From Eledone cirrhosa (lineage: Eukaryota): 64,000 nt of DNA. Positions 13,072 to 23,860 of this stretch are shown piece after piece. The translations under genes were made by a program, and so were the position numbers. The notes below the pieces were generated by a model. That model was not told the DNA's origin. It searched no databases and saw nothing but the letters and a program-made list of their open reading frames with translations. Each line of letters begins with the position of its first letter. Position 1 is the stretch's first letter. The stretch is taken from the NCBI GenBank assembly GCA_964016885.1, contig OZ024748.1:54374001-54438000 (forward strand), written 5' to 3'.

Positions 13072-14691
13072 TTAATACAGATGTGTAGATAGGCTGATGT
13101 ATTGTAAACCTGTTCAATCTATGCTAACAAGATATGAAACTCATACATATAATACAATATTATACATTGTAAAGTTTACAAATCAACATTACAATTAACT
13201 TCTTATGCTGTGCTAATTCAGATATTCTTTTGTTCTAGCCAACTGGTTAACACTCTCTCAATTCTGTCTGTTGGGACAATGATATGGCATGTGTCTGGGA
13301 TTCTGCATGTTAGTGAGCATTCTCCCACATTGTCCAGGCGTATATCATTATGGTAACAATGGTGGTGGTCAGTATATCTACCTGGAACATATAACATGTA
13401 ATACATAATATTTGGTCATTACATAATTATACAGATCTAAACACACTAGATACACATATATACACTCATACACACAGAGCCACAGTTTTGGCAAGAAAAA
13501 AGTAGAAATGCTAATGTATATTAGACTCCTTATAGGTTATGATGGTGGTTCTGTTGTTTCTGGACCAAATACTTATTACTCCAGTTTACATAGATTTAAG
13601 AATAGAAACCAGATTAGCTGAAAATATGGCAGCTATATACTAGCTAACTAACTATATGAGCACTGTGTATTTCAAGATGCAGTTCCTCAACTGCAAGCTT
13701 ATTATTTCATTAAGTGAGTGAGTCATGACCAGAAATTGCCAAAATAAATTTGGTGACTTTCATATACTCTGTATGTATATACTTATATTAAAACATATTG
13801 TAATTTTATTTAAGACATTTTTCTTAAGTAATGAAAAGGTTATTTATCTTATTAAATTTCTCAAAATTATTTCATGAGAAATTCAGTAAGACAAAAGATT
13901 AAAGATGAATGTTTTAAAATGGATGATTGTTTCATAGAAACAGAGGTTTTTTGAAGTTAAGGGCTTCTTAGGAAGTTATTCCTTCGTTGTATCAAACTTA
14001 ACAAGCTGCCATTATACAATACAATGCACTATGTTATCCTGAGCTCAGTAAATCACTAGTGCAGTAGAATATGACATATTACAAATAGTTGAGAAAGTTA
14101 ACAAACTACTATTACAACCAGCCTTGTACTATTACAATCAGCAAAAGTACGAAAGTGACCCAACTCATATACATAAGTTAGCAAATATTCATTGATATAA
14201 ACCAGCTTAATGTAAGTTCCTGTGATAAGTTTTGTTTTTCACTAAACTGTTCGTCATACTAACAAGTGTGGTTTCTTTTGCATACTCAATAAGCTCGCCA
14301 AGTCACTTTTTTCCCATAATAATCAACAGAACAAAAACACTGTCTTTCTTATTTAATTTTTTCTCATTTCCTTTGGCTTTTGAAATAAAAGGTTTGTGGA
14401 ATCTTGTGGGGTAGTGGTGGTAGTGGTTTAAAGAGAGGTAGGGTGGGGTGGGAGGAGAGTTGGAGCATGTAGTAAATGGGTTGTGATAGGTAATTGTGTG
14501 TAAATTGAAAGAAGGGGAAAGGAGGGGTTGCAAGGTAGATTTCTATAATTATTTTGTTTTTATTTTTGTTTTGTTTTTTGCCTATAAAACTATGAAGTCT
14601 TTTTTTATAAACATGTGCATATATGTTTATAATAGTGGGTACTGTTGTTATCCTGTTTGTTGTGTTCTTTCTGAAATTTCTTTAAACAAAG

Positions 14692-14768
14692 GAAGCTCTG
14701 AGCGAAAAACAGAAACAGTGGTTGAAAAAGGAAACCCCGCCTTAATCAGCGACATTTGTCTCTCATAG
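14692..14768 (+). CDS. Candidate terminal exon: (G)SSERKTETVVEKGNPALISDICLS* in phase 1, or EALSEKQKQWLKKETPP* in phase 0
   Basis: Non-repetitive, higher-GC island after a T-rich tract ending AAAG; two frames are open to a stop. AAG is a weak acceptor. Confidence 0.3.
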
Positions 14769-15720
14769 TTTGGGCATTTTGTTTTTATGTACGTCTATGT
14801 ATTTCGGTGTGTGAGAGGGAGTGCACATACACATTTCTTCATATACATATATGGCTGCGTGTATGTATGAGTATCTCTGTGTGTGTATATCATCTTAATT
14901 GTCATTTACTTTCTAAAAAAGGGTAGTCTTTTATTTCTGTCTTTCTTTATTTCCAGAAGCTCTATGAAGGAGGGAGGTGGGTACAATAAGACAGCTAGAC
15001 AGACAGATATTTCCTATGAGAGAGGTCATTCTCCTTCTGTAACCTCCACCCTCACCAATTGAATTGTTAATTTCTTTTTATGTATTTCAATAGATTTTTG
15101 TCTTTCCATTAATTTTATGGATAACTCTCTCTCTCTCTTCCTCCCTCTCTCTCTTCCCCCCACCCCTCTCTCTTTCTATATATATATATATATTATGTAT
15201 CATGCTAGCTTGGAAGATGGATGTTAAATGATGATGATGTATGCATTACATAATAGAACTACTGCACCCTGATGACCTTTGTCATCTCCATACCAGTAAT
15301 TAGCTCGTTGATTTTATGAGCAGGCTGTTCCATTGATCAAATCAACTGGAACATACTTGTCAGTGGAATTGACAGAGACCTGCCATATATACACTCACAT
15401 GTGTGCAATACTTTGCTTGAAATTTCTTTTCTGTGCAGCTGTTGCTTGCCTGTATTGATTGTTAGCAGCATGAGGTTACTGGTATCTAAGATTTTTTTTT
15501 TCTTTTGAGGAGAGTGATTAGTACATGGTGTCAATGGTAATGGGCAACATTACTGAACCAATGAATATAGTTCTTCAAATTATACACATACTCACATATA
15601 CACACACACACACCATTCACAATCAACTAAACCTTGGACATCAATTCCCAATCTAAGTCAGCAAAACCTCATTGATAGGTGAAGAACTATGTAAAACATG
15701 TTTATGTGGAGTGGTGTTAT

Positions 15721-16069
15721 CTCTTTTGATATCAACCTGCCCCGAACAACTTGTTCTATGAAACAAAATCACATATTTTAAAGGCTTTCTGTTTAAATCA
15801 TAATTTTATATAAGAACCATATATGTTAAGTAACTATCTTAACAATAAAATAATTAACTGTTTTAGTAAACCCCTCAAAGTATTTTCATTAATTAAATGA
15901 AATGAGGTGTATTTCATTAAAATCTTCCATCATAATTTCATACAAGAGTCATATATGTTAAATAACTATCTTAGCAATAAAATAATTAAGTTTTAGTAAA
16001 CCCCTCAAAGTATCTTCATTAATTAATTGAAATGGGGTGAATTTCATTAGAAATACAGACACAAAAGAG
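15721..16069 (-). mobile_element. piggyBac-type MITE B1 with ~130-bp internal duplication
   Basis: Family B1 sequence; CATATATGTTAA.TAACTATCTTA.CAATAAAATAATTAA..TTTTAGTAAACCCCTCAAAG occurs twice. Confidence 0.75.
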
Positions 16070-16088
16070 TTAAAGAGTGGGCTAGGGA

Positions 16089-16103
16089 GTTTCTTATGGC
16101 AAC
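16089..16103. promoter_or_regulatory. RFX X-box-like motif GTTTCTTATGGCAAC
   Basis: Inverted half-sites GTTTCT-(TAT)-GGCAAC. Confidence 0.3.
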
Positions 16104-17051
16104 CATATTTGTATTTTGGTGAAAGAGGTGTTTATAGCCAAGAGCAGCACCAATGTCACAAAAACAAAAGCCGTAAAATGGAGTTTAAAGAGTGAAATGA
16201 AAGGCAAAAGGCAATTTTAAAAGAATACATAGAAAGATAGAGTTGTTTTTGTTTTTGTCTTTTTTTATTTAAATTTTGGGTGGAGTAAATATTTCAACAC
16301 ATCAGTCTTTTATCATAACATTCTTTGTTTTCTAAATAACCTTTCTTTCCTTCATTTCCTTTTGTTCCACATTTTTTTTTATTTGTATGTATGTGTGTAT
16401 TTGTCTTTTAAAAAATCTTTACCACCACCACCACCACCACCACTACTACTACTATGTAATAATAATAATAATTATACTGCTGTTACTACTAAATTTTCAG
16501 CTGTGACAAATAAATTGATTTGTTGATATCTAAAATATAAAGATAATGTTAATTGCGATGATGGTGGTGATGATGATGTTAATGATTGCTTACTTAGAGA
16601 GAGACACATGTTTATCTCAACTAGGTAGAGATGGTGTGTGACTGTCAAGTTATTGACATAATTAGTAAAGTGGGTTGATTGCAAGATAACTTGTAAACTC
16701 AGCTCATTGTTAAATATCTTAAAACTCTTTTGATACGAAACTACTGACCTGGAGCTAAACAACAGGAGCAGCAGCATGAGTTAGTCTGTGTGAAGAGTGA
16801 ACAATATGGTGTAATCAATCATCTTGATGGGCTTCTATTGTATTTCTGAGGTTTAATTTACAGGCCTTAGACAAGTCTCTTAATTCTACTTGCCAATACT
16901 CTGGAGAAAAGCAGGTGTGATTAACAGAAATTTTCACTCCTCGTCATAATAGTTTTGTTTTGTTTAAAGATAAAGATTAAAGATAAAAGAATAAGTTATG
17001 AATAAATCCTTGTGAATGGAATTTAATAAATAAAAACTGTAGAGGGCTGTC

Positions 17052-17082
<31 letters not shown>

Positions 17083-17280
17083 ACGAAGGAAATGTGGTAA
17101 GGAACCAGATGGACCATAACGCACCAAAGTACTCAATAGTTAGGGTAGTAGAGTGGGTAATAGGAACAAGTATGATCCCAATGGCAGAGCTCAAGCCGTT
17201 TTGACGGCTAATTCTGGACTCGTCCAGAATTAGCCGTCGAAACGGCTTGAGCTCTGTTGTCGGGGTCATACTTGTTCCTA
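17083..17280. mobile_element. Insertion between (TA)n tracts containing a 120-bp palindrome (17161-17280); probable Penelope-like pLTR remnant
   Basis: 59-bp arms with 6 transition mismatches; the terminus ATAACGAAGGAAAT next to (TA)n recurs at 54701. Confidence 0.6.
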
Positions 17281-17295
17281 TATATATATATATAT

Positions 17296-18871
17296 CATCA
17301 TCTCATCATCAAATCGTTTAACGTCCATTTTCCACGCTAACATGGGTTAGACGGGAGTTGTCCCACTTGCGGCAATGTTGGTCGGGTGACCGTGTCTCGC
17401 TCATATAGGACTATCTGGCAGGTTTTCTACGGCTGGATGCCCTTCCTAACACCAACCACATTTACAGTGTGGAACTGGGAACTTTTTACCGTGTTACCTA
17501 CACGGCCACATAACAGCGTGGACTGTGTTTTTTTTTTTCTCGTGACACCTACACGATCACGATCTCATTTATCTCATTTATTTGGACTGGATGTTGTGGT
17601 ACCAACTTTATAGAGAGAGGGTGGTGTTGGTGGGAGTGGGAGGATAGGGTAGGGGTAGTGGATTGGGGTGTATATTTGGTTAAGAGGTGCCTACTGACTG
17701 TAGGTTTCACTTTGTACATAGGCAAGGCGGGTCTTCTGTATTACTGCGTAGCACCAAAGATCTCGGTCCAGTGACATTGTCTTAGAGAGGTGCAAGTGTG
17801 TAAGGTCAGAATTTATCAGATCGTCCCAGGTTTTTCTGGGTCTACCTTCTCCGTAACTACCATCAATTTTGATCGCCCTGCACTTTTTTATACAGCTGTC
17901 GTCTTTCATGCGCATCACGTGGCCATACCAACATAGTCTTCTCTCGAGTAAACAGCATCTGATCCCTCTTATTCCTAATTTCTCACTTAGTTAATTTATG
18001 CTTTGCCGTTCACATATATTACTATTACACATCCAACGGAGCATGCATGCTTCGTTCCTTTCCAGTCTACGCAGGTCCTCTGCATGTAATGGCCATGTCT
18101 CACTGCCATGTAGCATTGCTGTTTGTATACAGGCATCATACAATCTGCCTTTCATTTTGAGAGAGAAACCTTTTGTGGCCAACAGCGGTATAAACTCTCT
18201 GAACTTTTTTCCATCCCGTTCTGACTCTGGCTACTGTACTTTCAGAACACCCTCCACCACTGCTGATTTCGTCACCCAGGTAACGGAAAGATGCTACTAT
18301 TTCTATAGAACCATCTGGACAATAGAAGGGGCTAGTATCCTGTGGACACTTGCTACCTATTGCACCTGAGCATCGGCCACATATAAAGTCTACGTTCTTA
18401 GATAGTTTACCTGTGATCCCTCTACATCTTTTATGTACCCATAGTTTGCATTTGGGACATAAAATTGAATTTCTGCAATTTCTGCCTACTCCTTTCCTAC
18501 ACACTGAGCAAGGCCATTTCCCTGAGGGTACCTGTTCCTTATTTTCCTTTCTACAAACTAGGACTTTAGTCTTAGACAAGTTAACTTTAAGGCCTTTTGA
18601 TTCTCGGCCATGTTTCCATGTTTCGAATTTCTTTTCTTGTTCATCCATTGATTCAGCTATGAGCGTTAGATCATCTGTGTATAGGATTTCCCATGGGCAG
18701 CCAGTCTTGAACTCCTCTGTTATAGCCTGAAGGGCAATAATAAATAGGAGGGGGCTAAGGACAGAGCCTTGGTGAACACCAACTTTTACACTAAATTCTT
18801 CACAATATTCATTGTTAATTCTAACCTTACTGACTGTTTCATTATACATAGCTTGTATAGCTCTCACAAGC
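17296..18871 (-). mobile_element. RTE-clade LINE, 5'-truncated and degenerate (RT C-terminal half plus 3' UTR and (GAT)n tail)
   Basis: VGVHQGSVLSPLLF; YTDD (mutated YADD); GLKVNLSKTK; Cys/His finger CSVC...CPKC.LWVHKRC; FRYLG; KGRLYDAC...MLHGSETW; GRPRKTW. Frameshift near 18205 and in-frame stop at 17991-17993. Confidence 0.95.
17691..18867 (-). pseudogene. Disrupted RTE reverse transcriptase ORF (pieces 18136-18867, 17991-18182, 17691-17918)
   Basis: The three ORF-track fragments join into one RTE RT/thumb/C-terminal region. Confidence 0.9.
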
Positions 18872-18897
18872 TATATATACATATATATATATATATA

Positions 18898-18942
18898 TTC
18901 CTGATGATTTCTAAAGAATGAAACAGTTCTAGTCCTGTAGAA
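18898..18942 (+). ncRNA. Type I hammerhead ribozyme-like motif
   Basis: UUC-CUGAUGA-U(UUC uaaa GAA)U-GAAA-CAG uucuaguc CUG-UA/GAA; stems I, II and III all pair; the 10.1-11.1 pair is U-U instead of G-C. Confidence 0.6.
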
Positions 18943-19049
18943 GCAATTTCTATTAAATTTTGTTTATATATAGACACACTACACACATTATACCATCTAA
19001 TATATATATATATATATATATTAGATAGTATAATGTGTGTAGTGTGTCT

Positions 19050-19170
19050 ATTTTTATTTCCGATAACTTAGCGGTTCGAAAAAAATGCATAGTTGATTTA
19101 ATTGGGTAAATCAAGGTGGTGCCCCAGCTTGGCCACAGTTTAATGACTGAAACCAGTAAAAAATGAATAT
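19050..19170 (+). mobile_element. SINE family C tail
   Basis: AAGGTGGTGCCCCAGCTTGGCCACAGTTTAATGACTGAAACCAGTAAAA, inverse of the 5686 and 47850 copies. Confidence 0.6.
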
Positions 19171-19185
19171 GCCAAAATACATCCC

Positions 19186-19521
19186 CGTCCCACTACCCCT
19201 ACCCACACGCCATCAACACCACCCTTTTCGATGTAAAGTTATATTGGTACCACAACATCCAGTCCTAAACAAATGAGGTCGTGTAGGTGTCATGACAAAA
19301 AAACACACAGTCCACGCTGTAATGTGGCCGTGTAGGTAACATGGTAAAAACCTCCCAGTCCACACTGTAAACGTGGGTGGTGTTAGGAAGGGCATCCAGC
19401 CGTAGAAAACCCGCCAGACAGTCCTGAGCAAGACAACCAATCTTGCCTCAAATGGGACAATTCCCATCCAAACCCATGCTAGTGTGGAAGATGGACGTTA
19501 AACGATGATGATGATGATGAT
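19186..19521 (+). mobile_element. RTE 3'-UTR copy with (GAT)n tail, inverted relative to 17296-17650
   Basis: Colinear with the reverse complement of 17296-17650; ends GGACGTTAAACGATGATGATG. Confidence 0.9.
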
Positions 19522-19861
19522 GTATATGTATTTGAAGTTCTAAACACAACTGTTTCAAAGGTGTGTAGGATGTATTGATTAGATCACATCCAAGTGTATG
19601 TTTGTGCATTGTGCTTATGCATGCATGTGTATATTTGCATACGATTTTTGATATTTCGAAAGCTGAGTAGTATAGTCTAGTTACCTTATGCAGGTGGTGT
19701 TGGCAATAACAGGCTTCAGCACAGATGACTACTACACCACACCCATTGGGTGGAGGTGCTGATCTTTTCATAACTCTTACACCAGCGCCACATAGAAGTG
19801 AGGGTTGGGCAATGGGTGGTGGCTCTTGTTTTTTTTCTTTGTTTTGTGTTCATATACACAA

Positions 19862-19925
<64 letters not shown>

Positions 19926-20550
19926 GTGTGTGTAAATGCAAACGATCTATGGGATCATACCCTGAAATGGAAGAGCAGTAAAGCTATCCCTTTCCCATGC
20001 ATTTACCTCACACACATACACACATGTGTCAATAGTGAAGCAGCTTTTTGACAAAGGTTCAGAAATCAACACACCTTGATAACCCATTCCCTTCCCATCT
20101 TCTGCTCACCTCACAGCTTGCCCTTCCCTCCTCTCCTCTGCCGTTTGTAGTTTTACCTCCAGTCAACCCTGTTCTTCTTTATCTCTAAACCTTGCCAAAT
20201 CAATTTGTTTGTTACAGTAATTTATTTTCAATAGAAATAGTGTGAGATAGTTATTTTTGTAGTTGTCATTGTTCTGCCTATTAAGAGTGCGTGTGTGTTC
20301 ACATATGTTCGGGTAGAAGGGGGGGGGGGGGTTCTGGTTCTGCATATGTCTAAAGCATTTTTGTTTTGTATTTGCGTGAATGCAAATTTATGTAGATGTA
20401 AAGTTAGAAATGAATCTTTAGATAATATGCCAAGCTGATAAATGAACCACATCACATATTCAAATATAGTTTCTTGAATAACAGTTTGTAATCAACAGGA
20501 AAATCCTGCTGGATATATGGTATGTAAAACTGCCCACGTACAATAATTAA

Positions 20551-20779
20551 TCCTTTCATTACCATGTTTCTAAGGAAAGACATTGCTTATGATTTTGAAA
20601 ATAATGAAGAATTTGAAGGGATTTAGTAATATAAATAACTTGGTGTTTGGAGCATAACTTAATGATAGTTCTTACATAAAACTGTGATGGAAGGTTTTTA
20701 GATAAATATAAACTCTTAAAATAAACAGTTTTGCATCATAGAATCAGGGGTGGTTTCAGATGGTTTGGTATCAAAAGGG
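20551..20779 (+). mobile_element. piggyBac-type MITE B1, full length
   Basis: TTAA|TCCTTTCATTACC...GGTATCAAAAGGG|TTAA. Confidence 0.85.
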
Positions 20780-21169
20780 TTAAATAACATACAAGTACAC
20801 ATCACACATACATATGTACATACATACAGGCATATATATATATACAGAACATACAAATATGTGATGAGGTATTCATGTGAAGGAATCACTGTTCATTTAT
20901 TAATTGCACCACCCACATTCTGTTGTTTTTTATTTTATTTTCTTTATTTATATTTCATAGTGTTTCTGTTCTTGTCTTCTTGTCTGAAACTAGAGACTTT
21001 CTCTGTGTCTACTCTAATTTGTAGTGTCTACAGTCTTCATTCTCTGCCAATAAACTCTTTCATCTATTTCTGTTTTGATTTCCATATATCTTTGTCACTT
21101 ATTATTATTGTTGTTGTTGTTGTTTCTGGGTTTTTTTGTTGTCTTATTTTCATTATTTTATAGATAACA

Positions 21170-22265
21170 AGGTAGAGGGTTGGAAGTGTCTGTAGATTAT
21201 CAGACAAATGTTTAGCAGTATTTCTTCTGGCTCTTTTTTCTGTTCTGAGTTTAAATCTCGTTGGGGTCAACGTGGCCTTTCATCCTTCTGGGGTTGATAT
21301 AAAGTACCAGTCAGGTCCTGGGGTCGATATAATCAACTTTCCCTTTCCCTCAAATTGATGACCTTGTGCCAATGTTAGAAAAAATTTAATGGTATTTAAT
21401 TTATCTCACATCAGAATTTTAGTTTTATTTTTATTTAAATTAGTTTGCAATAATGTTGTGTGGTTATGTGTTTGGGTGAGTGTTTATTCGTTTTCTGTAT
21501 TGATTACCCATTTGTCTTCAGGTTAAGGTAACCTGTTTACCTTCAAGTGATTACATTAAACGACCTGTTTGACAAACTTGCTCCAAGCCAACACTTATTT
21601 TATTTTATCATTGTTGTTATTATTATCTTTTTTGATAAAGGTTGACTTTGCCTTTCATCCTTACGGGGTCGATAAAATAAGGTACCAGTAATGCTCTGGG
21701 TAATTGCTGGCCTTGTGCCTAACGTAGAAACAATTATTATTATCTTTTTTTTTCTTTTGTTCTCATTTCTATGTAACCCCCACCTTCATATCGTAACATG
21801 TCTTCAGAATGCTCGCTTCATCCGATGCTCTTGTGGCAAATAAGAAATCATTATTATTGAAATTATTATTATTATTGTTAGAGCATCATACATCACGCTT
21901 CACAGCATAGAGTTATGTCTCTTTAGATTCTGATTTCAAATCCTGTCGAGGTTAGCTTTGCTGTTCATCCTTACAGGCATTAATGCACTGTGGTTGATTT
22001 AATCGACTTTCTCTCCCCCCCAAAAAAAATTGTTGGCCTTGTGCTTAAATCAGAAATCATTATTATTTGGTGGATTGGCAGTATCGGTAGAGGGTCGGAC
22101 GCCATGCTTTGCAGCAAAGAGTTACGGCCCTTTCCATTATGAGTTCAATTCCCGCCGAGGTTAACTTTGCCTTTCATCCTTACGGGGTCGATAAAATAAA
22201 GTACCAGTAATACACTGGGATAATTGCTGGCCTTGTGCCAAAACTAGAAACAATTATTATTATTA
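21170..22265 (+). mobile_element. Cluster of four same-orientation SINE family A copies (~21170-21385, 21640-21740, 21880-22065, 22069-22265)
   Basis: Each has CTTTGCCTTTCATCCTT.CGGGGTCGATAAAAT.AAGTACCAG (Deu/Nin-like core) and an (ATT)n tail; the 22069 copy has A and B boxes; the 21640 copy is flanked by TTATTATTATCTTTTTT. Confidence 0.9.
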
Positions 22266-22802
22266 TGGTAACGCTGGTCAGTTTAGATTTGAAAACACTT
22301 TCATTTGTCTTCGAAGAGTTTCAGAGTTTAGAAGTACTGACGCTAGTTCTAGTGGTGTTCTTGTAAAGATATAGCTGTTGGGTGAAATGGAGGAAAGCAT
22401 ATAGGTGAATAGGCTGAGGTTGACTTGTAAAGTCTGATGTTTTGGACATAATAGAAGAGTAAGATGAAGGAGATTCAGTCATAGACAATAACTATTCAGG
22501 AATAGATGCTTACTTATCTAATTGTGTTTCATAACTGAAGGTTCGGAGTTCAAATTGCTGGTCAGGTTTCGACTCTATCTTCCATTAGTTTATTTTTGCT
22601 GCCTATTTTATTGTAAGCATGTGTTTTTTCTGAAGTTTTATACAGTTCTTTTTACTTCACCAGCATTCTATGGTTTTTGTTCTAGAATTTGAAACTTAAA
22701 GTTTGACCATTAGACTCACATAGCACAGTTTATGTTTTCATCATATGTGTTTGCTGCTCATGTGACTGGTACCTTATGTATATATATTATATATTTTCTT
22801 CA

Positions 22803-23076
22803 CTCTTCCATCCTCCACTTTATCCTAACTTTACTCTTTCCTGGCGAAGGAGTAATGTCTGATGCATTCAGACATTCGCTTTCTTTTTCCAAGTGTGAAA
22901 CTAATAAGACTTTGTGTAATTGTATCTCTGTGTTTGTCTCTTCCACCCTCCATTTTATCCTAACTTTACTCTTTCCTAATGAAGGACTAATGTCTGATAC
23001 ATTCAGATATTCTCTTTATTTTTCCAACAAGCGGGAAACTAATAATACTTTGTGTAATTGTATCTCTGTGGTTGTC
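22803..23076 (+). mobile_element. 135-bp tandem dimer, each unit with a decayed minimal hammerhead (Penelope pLTR/retrozyme-like)
   Basis: Units start at 22803 and 22938; CTGGCGA-A-GGA gtaatg TCT-GATGC and CTAATGA-A-GGAC taat GTCT-GATAC. Confidence 0.65.
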
Positions 23077-23544
23077 TTTTTTTAATCTTGAACCACACAT
23101 ACACTCACACACAGACACACTCACACAAACATACTCAGGGAAAATTGTTCAGTTTGTATTTGCTTCCTCGAAGACAGAAAATGTTATTTTTGTTATGTTT
23201 GTGATTTGTGTTTATTTGTGATACTTTTCCATTATTTTTCACTAAATATTTTTCTAGTCCAACAGTGAATATTCTGTAATAGTTTTCTAGTTCTATTGGA
23301 CCCCTCAGGGGTTACTTTCAAATGTTGCCATTATTTTTCTTGTTTTTCTGTCTAGTCATGGTAGTTAGTTCATTTAATGTCTAATTGGGAATATTGCAAC
23401 TCTATCTTATTAATGGGACACAGTAGTGTTGGTTCTTATTATCCTATATTTTACGTTTAACACTGTTTTCACATATTAGTCATCATCATCATCATTGTAA
23501 GATATCTATGATATCCCTTACTAACCTTTCCTTTTATATGTAAT

Positions 23545-23860
23545 GATCATCATCATCGCCATTTCACATCCGCCTTCCACGCTAACATGGGTTAGATGGG
23601 TTGTCCCATTTGAAGCAGGTTGGGTCAAGTGACCGTATCTGGCTTGGCAGTATTGGTAGAGCATCAGACAATATGCTTTGTGGCATAAAGTTATGGTCCT
23701 TTACATTTTGAGTTCAAATTCCATCAAGGTTAGCTTTATTTTTTCATCTTTATGGGTTTGATAAAATAAAATACCAGTAACACAATGGGGATCAGTTTAA
23801 TTGACACCCCCCCCCCCTCTCCCAAATTGCTGGCCTTGTGTCTGAATCAGGAACTATTAT
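23545..23860. mobile_element. RTE 3' tail (minus, 23545-23643) abutting a SINE family A copy (plus, ~23644-23860)
   Basis: CATCAT...TTCCACGCTAACATGGGTTAGATGGGTTGTCCCATTT followed by TTGGCAGTATTGGTAGAGCATCAGAC...GAGTTCAAATTCC. Confidence 0.8.

Noticed and set aside
15268-15292. CTGATGA as a hammerhead core (also 31745 and CTGAAGA at 4271)
   Set aside because: No stem II followed by GAAA and no NUH geometry
17691-18867. Active or domesticated reverse transcriptase
   Set aside because: 5'-truncated, frameshifted, has an in-frame stop and YADD changed to YTDD
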